In this document: positions 44,850 through 55,160 of the stretch, piece after piece | Layout: every line of letters begins with the position of its first letter | Position numbering within the stretch: position 1 is the first letter of the stretch | IMG/VR virus record: IMGVR_UViG_3300028364_000018 | Span: 32,001-96,000 of that record | From: a virus | DNA: 64,000 nt | Reading direction: 5' to 3' (one strand) | Translations under genes and position numbers: made by a program | Notes under the pieces: generated by a model | The model's database searches: none | What the model saw: the letters and a program-made list of their open reading frames with translations, nothing else | Told to the model about the DNA's origin: nothing

Positions 44850-45647
44850 ATGAATAACCTCGACAAATTAACAGCGGAGCAAGCCCTAGCTTTATTAGAA
44901 GATAATCCACGTTTCAAAACTCTTTTCTACCGTAAAGCAGACTCTGACAAAAAAACAAATAAGAAAAAACCTAAAGACAAGACGATGAACAACACAGAAA
45001 AATTAGCATCCGCACAGATCCTAGCAGCCTTTTCACATAAACAAGCGGACGCACGTGCTGAGATGCTCGCAGCGCTCCCCTCGAATATACTGGCATCACT
45101 CATACCCGGACTCACTGGAGGTATGGCTGTAGCATCTGGGGGTATGGCGGGGGGCACCCCCACCTTATCGGATGAAGATTTAGAAAAAATAAACGGTAAT
45201 CCAGCCAAGGCGATGATACCGGGTGTGGCGGGATTTCGGCAGTATAAAAGGCTGGGTAAGACCATGCACGGCGACCAAGCCGGTCCCAATGCCCCCGGAA
45301 ACGCGTGGGGTGAAGTTCTAGGAGCCGGAGGCTTAAACGCTCTACTTATGGGTGGTGCGGGCGCGGGTCTTGGTGCTTTACTCGCGTCGAGAGACGGTGG
45401 TACTTCTACTCAAGACGGGGCAGTTATGGGCGGGTCCTTAGGTTTGGGGGCTGGTGCGACACTGCAAGCTGCTGGTCTTCTAAGAGGGTTGATTGAGAAT
45501 CGTAACAGGGAGTTGGGCGGCCAATCCGAGTACGACCAAGACAATTCATCTCTACGATCAATGCTACTCCCAGGCTCAGCCGGATTAAACTACATGCGTA
45601 GAGTTAGATCCACTGACACTCCTAAGAAGAAGTCTGAAGACATCTAA
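44850..45647 (+). CDS. glycine-zipper-like putative internal head protein with two leader copies
   Basis: MNNLDKLTAEQ, and in-frame MNNTEKLASAQ at 44985. Confidence 0.55.
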   Translation: MNNLDKLTAEQALALLEDNPRFKTLFYRKADSDKKTNKKKPKDKTMNNTEKLASAQILAAFSHKQADARAEMLAALPSNILASLIPGLTGGMAVASGGMAGGTPTLSDEDLEKINGNPAKAMIPGVAGFRQYKRLGKTMHGDQAGPNAPGNAWGEVLGAGGLNALLMGGAGAGLGALLASRDGGTSTQDGAVMGGSLGLGAGATLQAAGLLRGLIENRNRELGGQSEYDQDNSSLRSMLLPGSAGLNYMRRVRSTDTPKKKSEDI

Positions 45648-45669
45648 CCGTGAACTTCCAAAAGATACA

Positions 45670-46797
45670 GTGAACAACATAGGTAGACTTAAAGCTGCGC
45701 AGTTACTAAAAGAGGCCAAATCGCCCAAGATTGATGGTATGACAGGTGCTGCCAAGCCTAACCTCTCCGCTATTCGCCCAAATGCTGAAGACTTGCCTGG
45801 CACAGATAAACAGTGGGTGAGCCCTGCTCCAGGTGGGGAGTTCTCAAAAAAGAAAGAAGTGAGCCCCCAAAAGTTCTTGGGGTCTTACTACGGAGATAAT
45901 CTTAAAATTGAACAAGAGAAGGCGAGAACCTACGCAGTTAAGAACAACCTTCCTTGGAAAGACAACCAGTGGACCACTCCCGGTTCATCCGCGTCTGTAC
46001 CTATGAACTTCAGCGACAAGCCGTTTGCAGGCGCCTCACCCCCGTATGCTCTAATACGCGGCCCAGGCAGTCCAAGAATCGTAATGCCTACAACCAATCA
46101 GAATATAAACCCTCTGTTCAGTTACGAAAACGGCCTTCCCGAGGAACGACCTATGAGTCTTACATCTAAAGGTGTCTTGGGGCATGAGTTGTCGCATGTT
46201 ATGTACCCGTTTGAGAGAGGGGACGTGGAAAGAACGCCCAACCGCGTCTCACGCCCGTGGCGGGCGGCTATGATGAATTTGGCGGATAGACGGGCGGTAC
46301 TATCTGAGCGGAGGATGTACCCAGAGGTAAGTTCCTTTGAGTTCACCCCACCCGCCGCTGCCATCCAACGACACCTCTACAAAACCACTGGGAAAAGGTT
46401 GGAGAGCCCAGAAGACTATGATAAGTGGATACAAAGTATGGAGGGCGTTGGTGAGTCTAAGAGCTGGCAGGATCCGCTACCAACGGAGCTCAGGAGATGG
46501 CTACGCTATAGAGAGAATATAAAATCGCAACCTATGCTGGACTGGCGCAGGGATATGCGGTTAAATAATATGGACAATACTATGAGACACATCATCCCAG
46601 GTATTGTGCAGAACCAGCGTCCTAGTATGCGACCTAAACACGCGTTTATTAATAAAACAAGAATGAACAAAATGAACAACACAGAAAAATCAGCAGCCAC
46701 GCCTTGGGAAGTCTATAAACGTAAAGAGCTAGAGAAGGAGCTAAGTCAGTACCAGAAGCTAGCAGCTGGTAATATGTTACGTCACTTAGTATTTTAA
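45670..46797 (+). CDS. HExxH zincin-like metallopeptidase-domain protein with shared leader
   Basis: MNNIGRLKAAQLLKEA; VLGHELSH followed by a downstream Glu (SFEF). Confidence 0.55.
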   Translation: MNNIGRLKAAQLLKEAKSPKIDGMTGAAKPNLSAIRPNAEDLPGTDKQWVSPAPGGEFSKKKEVSPQKFLGSYYGDNLKIEQEKARTYAVKNNLPWKDNQWTTPGSSASVPMNFSDKPFAGASPPYALIRGPGSPRIVMPTTNQNINPLFSYENGLPEERPMSLTSKGVLGHELSHVMYPFERGDVERTPNRVSRPWRAAMMNLADRRAVLSERRMYPEVSSFEFTPPAAAIQRHLYKTTGKRLESPEDYDKWIQSMEGVGESKSWQDPLPTELRRWLRYRENIKSQPMLDWRRDMRLNNMDNTMRHIIPGIVQNQRPSMRPKHAFINKTRMNKMNNTEKSAATPWEVYKRKELEKELSQYQKLAAGNMLRHLVF

Positions 46798-46808
46798 CAA
46801 CAAGACAA

Positions 46809-47699
46809 ATGAACTTCCAGAAGATACAGCAGCTAAGTTGGTACATGGACTGGGGTGGAGAGCCCGACATGGGGGTTAACTCCCGTATGTCGGGTATCCC
46901 CCACAAAGCCCGGTTAAGCCGCTACCTCCACAACTACTGTAACCTGGAGTTCGGCTGGGATTGGGCAAAGGCCATGGTCGAGTCCGATACACCCCTGCCG
47001 GCCATCCTTGACCACCATGATCTACCGATCTACCGAGCTTATTGGTGGATGAAGGGCGAGCCCGACTCGCTGATAGACACGGTTGCCCAGATCGGGACTT
47101 ATAAGTGTATGGAGTTCACCAAGGCCATACACGGCGCTTGGCACATGGCCCAGGAGAAGACAGGTAGAACCCGGGAGGACCACCTACAGGATCTAGCCTA
47201 CCAACAGAGTGTGAGCATCGAGGTTATAAACGCCTTCGAGAAGCTGTTCTTCAACATCGAGGACAGACGCCGGGACTCAAAGCTTCTGCGTCACATTGTG
47301 TACCCAGAGACCCGCATGGTCGAGACCATGGAGGGTTATGCGGAGCAAGTGGGTATTGACATGATGTTGATGCGAGCCGCCTACAACAACGGGGTGGAGA
47401 ACCTGTTGCAGATGGCGGGCGACCGCGACATGTACAATAATCCGGCATCCGCCGCAGATCTTGCGTCGCAGATGGAGGGGGTGTTGATGGCCCAAGGCCT
47501 GTTCCTAGCCAACAACGGCTTCCTGCATCAACGAGATTCTCAAGGCATCCGGCGTGCAACTCAGATGCTGGCCGCCACCAAGGCGGGCGGTCAGGAGACC
47601 GGACGAGATCAGACTCTGAACTTCCTGGGTGACATGATCCAGGACGAGATGAGGCAGCTTCAGCAGATGGACATGCAGGTTAAGGCCTATACAGACTAA
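46809..47699 (+). CDS. hypothetical protein
   Basis: 296 aa, helical. Confidence 0.65.
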   Translation: MNFQKIQQLSWYMDWGGEPDMGVNSRMSGIPHKARLSRYLHNYCNLEFGWDWAKAMVESDTPLPAILDHHDLPIYRAYWWMKGEPDSLIDTVAQIGTYKCMEFTKAIHGAWHMAQEKTGRTREDHLQDLAYQQSVSIEVINAFEKLFFNIEDRRRDSKLLRHIVYPETRMVETMEGYAEQVGIDMMLMRAAYNNGVENLLQMAGDRDMYNNPASAADLASQMEGVLMAQGLFLANNGFLHQRDSQGIRRATQMLAATKAGGQETGRDQTLNFLGDMIQDEMRQLQQMDMQVKAYTD

Positions 47700-47742
47700 T
47701 TTTTTTCTTGCAAACCACAAACATTGTCTATAATACGGATCT

Positions 47743-49098
47743 ATGAACCACTATACTGCCATCGAAGTACTGGAAACGTTGTTACCTACCATAAAGGAGG
47801 CGGGAGCACCTGAGAACGTACTACTGCAGTACGCGTCGGAGCACAACCTAGCCCCAGCACAGCTGGAGAAGATGGCGCAGGTGTTTAACACTGCTAAGAC
47901 CCTAACCTACTTGGATAAGGCGGCGAACCGTGGAGGTAGCTTTTCGGTGGTGGATACCCAAGACCTTCTTAAACAGTACCAAGCGTATGAGGCGCCTACC
48001 GAGCGTGTGATGGATAAAGCCGCTTCAGCCCCGATCACACACAACCCCCTCCGATTTCCCGGACCTGGGGTGTACGCGCCCACTGTGAAAGCCGCTGACA
48101 TTGATGACGACCTCCAACGCCACCTACGGCAGGCTGAGCGTTGGGCGCAGACCGAACAGCGTAATACCCTCAAGAAAGTTGCGGAGTTCCAGGATGAGCA
48201 ACAGGAGATCGTCCTGGAGTGCGTAGAGAAGCTCGCCCGTATAAGCCGGGTTGTAGACAAATCTTTTAGTAACCAACAGATGCAGATGGATATGGCTTTC
48301 GTCATGGGTAAATCCGCCGCAGAGAGCCTTATTAAGGACGTATGGGGTACGGTTATGGACTTCGATATGGAGGATGTCCACGATAAACGGGCGTTTGATC
48401 AGGGCATGCGCCAGAACTCCGGTCGTCTGGAAGTACTGGAGATCGTATCGGAGCTTTTGGAAGCCCAGGGGATGCGCAAGGACGCAGGGGCCTACGCCTC
48501 GGAATTGATTAAGAGTGCTGGAGGAGTGGAAGGCCCTTTGACATATGAGCAACGCCTAACTACGGACGTCAACACCCACAATATGCAGGAGCTGCTATCT
48601 AAGTTGAAGCCTGGTAAGGGCAAGCCACCAAAGCCTGTCGAATCACACATCCCAGACCCACTGGACATCGGACCGGCAGCGTCCGATATTGAGAGTAAGA
48701 TGGTTCGTCCGATGTCTGACAAACTGAACAAGATCGACCCCTCCCAGATTTTGAAATTATTACACGTTGAACCCTCAAAGTACAACAAGGCGCAGAAAGA
48801 GGTGGACGAGACACGGACCGACACAGAGCGTAGTGTGGTACTCGCCCGTCTGATGCAGAGTGATCCGATCATCAGCGAGGCTGATCCAGATACTGTACAG
48901 GATATCTATAACTCACTACAGGACGCTAGCCCTGAGTTCGTACGCGACCCCTCTAGGTTGCGTATGGCCCTGCGCGAGGCAGTGGAGTACGGAGCTGTCC
49001 CTATCCACACCCTTAACGAACTCACAACCTACCGCAAGAACCTAGCGGGTGCCCGTAAAGACGAGCACACCGTAGATACAGACACCTACGGAATTTAA
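47743..49098 (+). CDS. putative head-associated protein, rich in K-x-A
   Basis: KEAG, KAAN, KAAS, KVAE, KSAA and KSAG. Confidence 0.55.
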   Translation: MNHYTAIEVLETLLPTIKEAGAPENVLLQYASEHNLAPAQLEKMAQVFNTAKTLTYLDKAANRGGSFSVVDTQDLLKQYQAYEAPTERVMDKAASAPITHNPLRFPGPGVYAPTVKAADIDDDLQRHLRQAERWAQTEQRNTLKKVAEFQDEQQEIVLECVEKLARISRVVDKSFSNQQMQMDMAFVMGKSAAESLIKDVWGTVMDFDMEDVHDKRAFDQGMRQNSGRLEVLEIVSELLEAQGMRKDAGAYASELIKSAGGVEGPLTYEQRLTTDVNTHNMQELLSKLKPGKGKPPKPVESHIPDPLDIGPAASDIESKMVRPMSDKLNKIDPSQILKLLHVEPSKYNKAQKEVDETRTDTERSVVLARLMQSDPIISEADPDTVQDIYNSLQDASPEFVRDPSRLRMALREAVEYGAVPIHTLNELTTYRKNLAGARKDEHTVDTDTYGI

Positions 49099-49460
49099 TG
49101 GATATCCGGCGCACTATCACTCTTATTGACAACGCTTACCACGCTCAGGTGGGCGTAGAGAGCCTGTCTGTGGTGGATCAGGATGCTGTAGCTCGGTTCG
49201 GGCAATGGCCCATTGACCTGGGCGGTGCCTTTGATGACGGGGAGGGTCTAGAGTTTGAGCTACCTCTGCAGGTTAGGTACTTCCCAACGCAACGCGTAGC
49301 CAAATCTATTTTTTACATATCAGATGCCCTAGCCGCCGATCGCACACTGTTGTGGGTTGACACCATAGTGCAACGTTTGGTAGAGGCACAGGCCGCTGCC
49401 CTCGGGAAGGACCCGAGAAACATATTGGATACCATAACAACTTACCCAGAGATCGTATAA
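49098..49460 (+). CDS. hypothetical protein
   Basis: 120 aa, coupled at both ends. Confidence 0.6.
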   Translation: MDIRRTITLIDNAYHAQVGVESLSVVDQDAVARFGQWPIDLGGAFDDGEGLEFELPLQVRYFPTQRVAKSIFYISDALAADRTLLWVDTIVQRLVEAQAAALGKDPRNILDTITTYPEIV

Positions 49461-50362
49461 TGCCAGCTCGCGAAGATTTTATGTCACAACTCCAGCAGAT
49501 CCTTCAGAATAAGGACATCACAACCCCGTTACTCGCCGCAGCAGGTACGGGACTAGTAGGCGGTACACTGGCCGCCAGGAGTCCCAAACGCCGCGGAGAA
49601 AGTCAGGAAGAACGCCGGAAACGCATTCTCCGCGATGCGATGCTAAGTGCAGGCGCCGGTGGACTTGGTACAGCCGCCTTACGTTACGGTTACGGCAGTC
49701 TTCAAAACGCGCTACCCGCAGGTTCGGAGAATCCGGCAGCCAAGGGCTTAGGGATTCTCGGACGCGTGGCTGGTGGGGGAGCGGCAGCGGGTGGTACGCA
49801 TTGGATAGCTAAAAACCGGTGGAATGCGAGGGCGATGGACACCATAGAAGGGGCCTCTGAGGCTATACGGGCTGGAGCCCCTAAGAACACCTCCGAAGCA
49901 CGTCTCCGACTCAAGAGTATGGTAGAACGTCTTTCTATGAATGAGAACCCCGCCAAGGCACTAAGCGAGGCTTTCCCGGACAAAGAACTACCAAAACTCC
50001 TAGAGCGCTCGAACATTCGTATGCCCGGATCGGGACCCACAGGTTGGGAAGCTTTTAAAGGTAGTCTGACGGGAGCCTATGGTAAATCCAAGGATGTGAT
50101 TAAAACCGTTAGGCATCAACCAATCAAACAGACTTTGACATCTGTGCGTGGGCGTGTAGCACCCGATGGTGCACGAGCGGCTGCGCGGAGCCTACCAGGT
50201 AAGGCGGAGAAGCAGGTGTTAGAACGCTTAGTACCTTTCGCCCGACGTCACCCCGGATTATCTGCCGGACTCGCAACGGCAGTAGCCGCTCCCACTGCTT
50301 TACATTTGGGTGGTGAACTGCTAGGCTTGGGTACGCCCAACTTCTTAAACTATCAGGATTAA
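49460..50362 (+). CDS. glycine-zipper-like membrane or ejection protein candidate
   Basis: AAGTGLVGG, AGAGGLG and GGGAAAGG hydrophobic segments. Confidence 0.5.
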   Translation: MPAREDFMSQLQQILQNKDITTPLLAAAGTGLVGGTLAARSPKRRGESQEERRKRILRDAMLSAGAGGLGTAALRYGYGSLQNALPAGSENPAAKGLGILGRVAGGGAAAGGTHWIAKNRWNARAMDTIEGASEAIRAGAPKNTSEARLRLKSMVERLSMNENPAKALSEAFPDKELPKLLERSNIRMPGSGPTGWEAFKGSLTGAYGKSKDVIKTVRHQPIKQTLTSVRGRVAPDGARAAARSLPGKAEKQVLERLVPFARRHPGLSAGLATAVAAPTALHLGGELLGLGTPNFLNYQD

Positions 50363-50364
50363 TC

Positions 50365-51864
50365 ATGTTAAAAGTACACTACGACACAGACCAGCAAGAG
50401 CTCTTCAAAGCCTGTGGTGGACACATGGCCACATTGATTGACACCGAACGCGGTGTGAAGTCCGCTGCCTCCGACCTCATTTCTCGCGAGATCATAGAGA
50501 AGTTCCGCCCAGACGATGACCATTTCCTTGTTCACAACATCGCTATGGGGGACACCGAGACATACGGCCCTAATAAAAATTTTGATGGGTGGTCGAAGGA
50601 AGCGTTGGAGACCAGGCATCAGACTTTCGTAACCAACGGGCACCTATTCCGCGAGCACCGTAATCGTGACCCCAAACAGAAGATTGGAGATATCAAGTAT
50701 GCAGCTTTCGATGGAGGTAAGCAGGGTATGCACCGTGTGGAGCTCCTGTGTTGGGGTAACAAGAAGAAGGCCGCTGAGGAGTATGAACTGGCTAAGGCTG
50801 GCGAACCCCTTAGTTTTTCAATGAGCGCCAGAATTCTATTCGACAAATGCTCGGCTTGTGGCAACGAGGCTAAGACCCGGGAGGCTTATTGCGACTGCAT
50901 GAAAAACCACCCAGGCCAATGGATGGCTGAGTTCCAGAAGTATGCGTTCGTAGACAATCCGGACCCGACCTTTTTCGATAACAGTCGCGTTAAGCGCCCT
51001 GCTGATCGTATTGCGCACTATCTGGAATACAGATTTCCTGATGCGGATATGCGTAAAGCCGCGTCGGAAGACCTTGTTATTCTAGGAACGGACTGGGCAG
51101 AGTACGAAGGCTTGTCCATCCCGGAACAACGTTGCGAACTACCTCTACCCACCCGAGACCTGGTCGAGAAGCTGGCGTCCTTAGGTAAGGAGATCCAAGC
51201 TGTTCTTGAACAGGGTGTACCCACTACTTCCGAACGCCAGGACTTCATGAAGAACGCCTCGGGGCGCATCCTTGGCGAGGAATTGACAGACGCTCAGTTG
51301 GATATCGCCCGGTCGGTGCGTCCCGGGACTCTTGCGAGGTTCTTAGCCAAGACCGCATCCATCCTCCCCTTTAAATCCTTTGCGGCCTATGCACTGCAAC
51401 GCCCTATAGACTCCTTGGACAATGACCCAGTATGGGCGAAGGCCGCTTGCGGTATGCCCAACATCATGGATACACTACTGGGTGGGGTTGATACAGAGAT
51501 GCTCAATATGCTACAGGCGGACGACGAGTTCACCTGCGAGCGCGACCCTCACCAGAAAGACCTGATTCAGGGTCTGATGGATAAAGCCGACCAGGAATTC
51601 AGTATCAATCCAGAAAAGAGCAAACCACGGATTATGATGCTGGTCATTAAAGGGGGTAAACATAACTTGTCTAAGATCGCCTCAGAGCTTCCGGCGAAGG
51701 ACGACCAACTATCCCAGGGCCTGGCCCTAGCCTACGCGTCATACCAAGTACAGGCCTTGCAGGACATGCAGAAGCTGGCGGGTGTGGCGCTCGATGAACC
51801 CCTCTTACTCCAGGTAATGCTGGAAAATCGTAAGTACCATTTAAATACCAGCGATAAAAACTAA
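50365..51864 (+). CDS. putative prohead maturation protease with zinc-ribbon insert
   Basis: LFREHRN (His), FSMSA (Ser), CSACGN...YCDC and FFDNS.V.RPADRIA; upstream of the scaffold and MCP genes. Confidence 0.65.
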   Translation: MLKVHYDTDQQELFKACGGHMATLIDTERGVKSAASDLISREIIEKFRPDDDHFLVHNIAMGDTETYGPNKNFDGWSKEALETRHQTFVTNGHLFREHRNRDPKQKIGDIKYAAFDGGKQGMHRVELLCWGNKKKAAEEYELAKAGEPLSFSMSARILFDKCSACGNEAKTREAYCDCMKNHPGQWMAEFQKYAFVDNPDPTFFDNSRVKRPADRIAHYLEYRFPDADMRKAASEDLVILGTDWAEYEGLSIPEQRCELPLPTRDLVEKLASLGKEIQAVLEQGVPTTSERQDFMKNASGRILGEELTDAQLDIARSVRPGTLARFLAKTASILPFKSFAAYALQRPIDSLDNDPVWAKAACGMPNIMDTLLGGVDTEMLNMLQADDEFTCERDPHQKDLIQGLMDKADQEFSINPEKSKPRIMMLVIKGGKHNLSKIASELPAKDDQLSQGLALAYASYQVQALQDMQKLAGVALDEPLLLQVMLENRKYHLNTSDKN

Positions 51865-51883
51865 AAAAAGTCGTCATTAAGGG

Positions 51884-51912
51884 TTGACCTTCAACCCTGT
51901 TTATAGCAGAAT
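51884..51912 (+). promoter_or_regulatory. promoter for the scaffold/capsid genes
   Basis: TTGACC-N17-CAGAAT; AAGGA SD before 51942. Confidence 0.5.
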
Positions 51913-51941
51913 ACCAACATAACCTAATCAAGGAACTATAT

Positions 51942-52994
51942 ATGAGCCCATCTAAAGATTTTGAAAAAATTGCATCCAGCATCCGTAAGTGGAAGAGTGA
52001 TAACGATAAAGCAGCCGCTGACTCCGAAGCACTCAGTATGAAAGACCCGGCAGACAAGGGCGAGAAAGAGATTCCCAGTCACCCCGACGGTGATAGCAAG
52101 AAAAAAACCATGGTTCCCGACCAACAGGCTGAGAACAAAAGCCGCGAAGGGCAGGACGTGACTGATAAAGACACCAAACCCAGTTCAACCGGTGAGAACG
52201 TGCCTGGTCCCGTGGAAGACGGTAATGCCAAGGACGACGCTGCTACATCCCCAGACACCCCGCTGTCTAAAATTGCCAACAAAGTACCGGGCCTGATGGA
52301 TCGCATTAAAAATCTTAGCACCGCAACACCTGAGGGCACACCTGAGGGCAAAGCCGCCGGAGAGCAAGATCAGACCCTGCAGAACATGCAGTTCACTGAT
52401 GCCTTCCACTTGAAGCTGGCATCCATCATCCTCTCCTCAGAAGAAGGTATCAACTTTGCTGAGAAACTGGTAGAGAAAGAAGCTGGATTAGAGGCCGCAC
52501 ACGACCTCATGAAATCCGCTGGCGAGCAACAGTACCTGATGTCTAAGGAAGCGGCTGAGTACGCACAGTGGGCTGAGTACGTAGAGCAGTACGCCGCACA
52601 GTGCGAGGACCAGTTCAACGACCTTACCAAATCTGCGTCTGAAGAAGACATGCAGGAAATCATCAAATTAGCGCAATCTCACGAAGCCATATCTAACAAA
52701 TTTGAGCACGACTTCGAAAAACAAGCCTATGACGTTGGTGCTGCCGACGCCGCTGGCATGGAAGACGTAATGGCCGGTGGTGAGGAAGTTCCGGGCGAAG
52801 CCCAACTCAACCCCGAGGACATCCTGGCCCTTCTGGATCAGGCTGTCCAAAGCGGAGAGCTCGACGAAGAAACCGCCATGATGCTGGCTGAGCAGTTGCT
52901 TGGCGGAGAAATGGGCGGGATGGACGGTGGCGAAGAGATACCACCTGAAGCCATGGCCGCAGAAAAAATGGCCAGTGAAGTACTCTCTGTCTAA
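51942..52994 (+). CDS. putative scaffold protein (acidic, helical)
   Basis: Very acidic, 12 K-x-A motifs; directly after the protease gene. Confidence 0.6.
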   Translation: MSPSKDFEKIASSIRKWKSDNDKAAADSEALSMKDPADKGEKEIPSHPDGDSKKKTMVPDQQAENKSREGQDVTDKDTKPSSTGENVPGPVEDGNAKDDAATSPDTPLSKIANKVPGLMDRIKNLSTATPEGTPEGKAAGEQDQTLQNMQFTDAFHLKLASIILSSEEGINFAEKLVEKEAGLEAAHDLMKSAGEQQYLMSKEAAEYAQWAEYVEQYAAQCEDQFNDLTKSASEEDMQEIIKLAQSHEAISNKFEHDFEKQAYDVGAADAAGMEDVMAGGEEVPGEAQLNPEDILALLDQAVQSGELDEETAMMLAEQLLGGEMGGMDGGEEIPPEAMAAEKMASEVLSV

Positions 52995-53003
52995 GGTAAC
53001 ACG

Positions 53004-53498
53004 ATGGAAACCACCTACAAACAAGCTGAAGTAGACGCTATTCTTAAAGAGACAACTCCTGTAATTCAGGAGTTGATGGAAGAGTGTATAAAACTGGCTG
53101 ACGAAAACAAGGACCTTCAAGCCCGTTTGGAAGCGCAAGCAACTAAAATGGCTGAGAAGCAAGCTGAGTCGGAGAAGGTGGTGCTGGAGAAGGTGGCGCA
53201 GGCTCGTAACGGTATCTTTGATGTCCGGGAAATCCGGGACCTCGTAGATGGTATGAAGCTCGCCGGATACATCGTAAAAGAGGAAGACGCTAAGGACGTG
53301 ATGAACGCGATTAGCAACGACCCAGGGCAGTTGCTTAAGGTGGCTGCCACTATTTTAAAACTTTCTACTCCCGCGCCGATTTCCGGTCAGGGAGTGAATA
53401 AAACCGCAGGACACGCTAACCATGGTTCTAATCAGGGTCTTTCATCCGAATGGGTGGAAGATGGCTGGTTGGATATCATAAGTAGCGGAGAATGCTAA
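53004..53498 (+). CDS. coiled-coil head-assembly protein
   Basis: KQAE, KVAQ, KVAA and KTAG; gene position. Confidence 0.5.
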   Translation: METTYKQAEVDAILKETTPVIQELMEECIKLADENKDLQARLEAQATKMAEKQAESEKVVLEKVAQARNGIFDVREIRDLVDGMKLAGYIVKEEDAKDVMNAISNDPGQLLKVAATILKLSTPAPISGQGVNKTAGHANHGSNQGLSSEWVEDGWLDIISSGEC

Positions 53499-53523
53499 AC
53501 CACAACCGATAGGAGCACGCAAC

Positions 53524-54141
53524 ATGAACGACAATTATGGTCTAGTAAATGAACGTATCGCACCTCGTATTGAGGTTCTCCGTGGCTACCGCCCGGAAAC
53601 CCCGTATGAAATGCGGACGGCGTACCCTGTCGCCTTCGGAGTCACCATCAAAAGTGGACAGGTCATCGCCCCCAAGTGGAACGCGACAGCCCTCACTTAT
53701 GAATGGGTTCTCCCCGGTGCTGGAACTGGCCATGTGGCTGATTTCTACTGGGCTGCAGATGACTCAACGGACGAGGACGTCCAAGAAGCCGGCAAATTGC
53801 CCGCACTCTCATGTGCTGGTCAGTTCGAATTTGAAACCCCGTACTTTGACGCTGACGGCACGTACACCGTTGGGGCACAGCTTACACCTGACCTGGATAA
53901 TCCAGGGGATGTGAAAGTAGTGACACCCAATGATGGCACACTGCCTGTTATTGGTCAGATCTCTCGGGTGAGCCCCGTGGCTTTACAGTCCACCGTAAAT
54001 GGTGTACGCAAAAGTCGCAATTCGAACGTCAAACCCCGAGTCGCAGACCCGGACAACGTCGGTGAGTTGATGGTTAATCCACGTCTCAACGTCATAACCA
54101 TCCGTACCATTAGCATTCCCGCTACTGTTGCCATCGCCTAA
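53524..54141 (+). CDS. putative capsid decoration protein
   Basis: Beta-rich (FETPYF...YTVGAQL...GDV); immediately before MCP. Confidence 0.55.
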   Translation: MNDNYGLVNERIAPRIEVLRGYRPETPYEMRTAYPVAFGVTIKSGQVIAPKWNATALTYEWVLPGAGTGHVADFYWAADDSTDEDVQEAGKLPALSCAGQFEFETPYFDADGTYTVGAQLTPDLDNPGDVKVVTPNDGTLPVIGQISRVSPVALQSTVNGVRKSRNSNVKPRVADPDNVGELMVNPRLNVITIRTISIPATVAIA

Positions 54142-54153
54142 GGAGCCAAGCAA

Positions 54154-55134
54154 ATGAACGAAAACGAAGATATCGAAATCGTTGATGCCGCTAAGGAAGC
54201 CGAGTACTCTCGACAACTCCTGGACGTAATCAACAACGCCGAAAATGGGCAATTGAACAAAGTGGCCAGCGCCGGTACCAGTATGATTCGTCGTCGTCTC
54301 CGTGAAAACGGTTTCACGCGTCGGATTCTGCCACACACTGACGTTGACGACAGTGCCCTCGCCGAACTGCCGAACTCCGACAGACCTGCGATCATTGAAT
54401 ACATGGAACCTGACAGTCCTGGTGCCGTCTCCTTGTCGTTTAACGACTCGGCTGACACGCACTTCTACCGGGCTGACAAGTTCATCGTGTACTTCTCTAA
54501 GATCAGTACGCCGGAGTTCACCAAAAATGTAGATGAGTTACGCACCATGCGTATTCCTTTGCGCGAGGTGGTGACCGACAATGCACTGAAAGACATCCAG
54601 ACTCATGAAGATGAGCGCTTCCTCCAGTACGTGGACCGGATCCTCGGTACATCTGGAATTGTGGGCGCGGCTGGTGCCATTGGTGCTTCTGGTGAACAAC
54701 AGTGGTTCGAAGACCCTGCGTCTATCACCCGTGAATCCTACATCGACAGTATCTCCCACTTGGAAGATGCGGGCCTTAACAACGGTACGTTCTTGCTTAA
54801 CCGCAAAACCGCCTTGGAATGGGTCAAGTTCGCTCGGGAAGAATCTGGTGGAGACCTCGCGGAACGTACGCTAATCGAAGGGCGTAATGCTCTGGTTGGT
54901 GGTAAGTTCGTGGGGATTCCTCATCTGTTCACGATCAAGAAAGATCTGGTGCCCGACGACGCTGTTTATCAGTTCGCCGAACCTGACTATCTCGGTAAAG
55001 CCTACGTCCTGCAGAAAGTGCGTATGTTCGTTGAGAAGAAGGAGGACATCCTCCGCTTCAAAGCCGTAGAAAAACTGGGTATCACCATTGCTAACGTAGC
55101 AGGTGTCGCACGTCATGACTTCAATGTTAGCTAA
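54154..55134 (+). CDS. major capsid protein (HK97-fold candidate)
   Basis: RRLRENGF.RRILP...E.EPDSPGA...FTKNVDELRT...KDIQT.ED..F; followed by a strong terminator. Confidence 0.75.
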   Translation: MNENEDIEIVDAAKEAEYSRQLLDVINNAENGQLNKVASAGTSMIRRRLRENGFTRRILPHTDVDDSALAELPNSDRPAIIEYMEPDSPGAVSLSFNDSADTHFYRADKFIVYFSKISTPEFTKNVDELRTMRIPLREVVTDNALKDIQTHEDERFLQYVDRILGTSGIVGAAGAIGASGEQQWFEDPASITRESYIDSISHLEDAGLNNGTFLLNRKTALEWVKFAREESGGDLAERTLIEGRNALVGGKFVGIPHLFTIKKDLVPDDAVYQFAEPDYLGKAYVLQKVRMFVEKKEDILRFKAVEKLGITIANVAGVARHDFNVS

Positions 55135-55160
55135 ACAGTAACAACGAGTCATGTACTAAG

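Noticed and set aside
40144-50362. Portal protein or full terminase among the large ORFs
   Set aside because: No Walker motifs or recognisable portal features; left as hypothetical.
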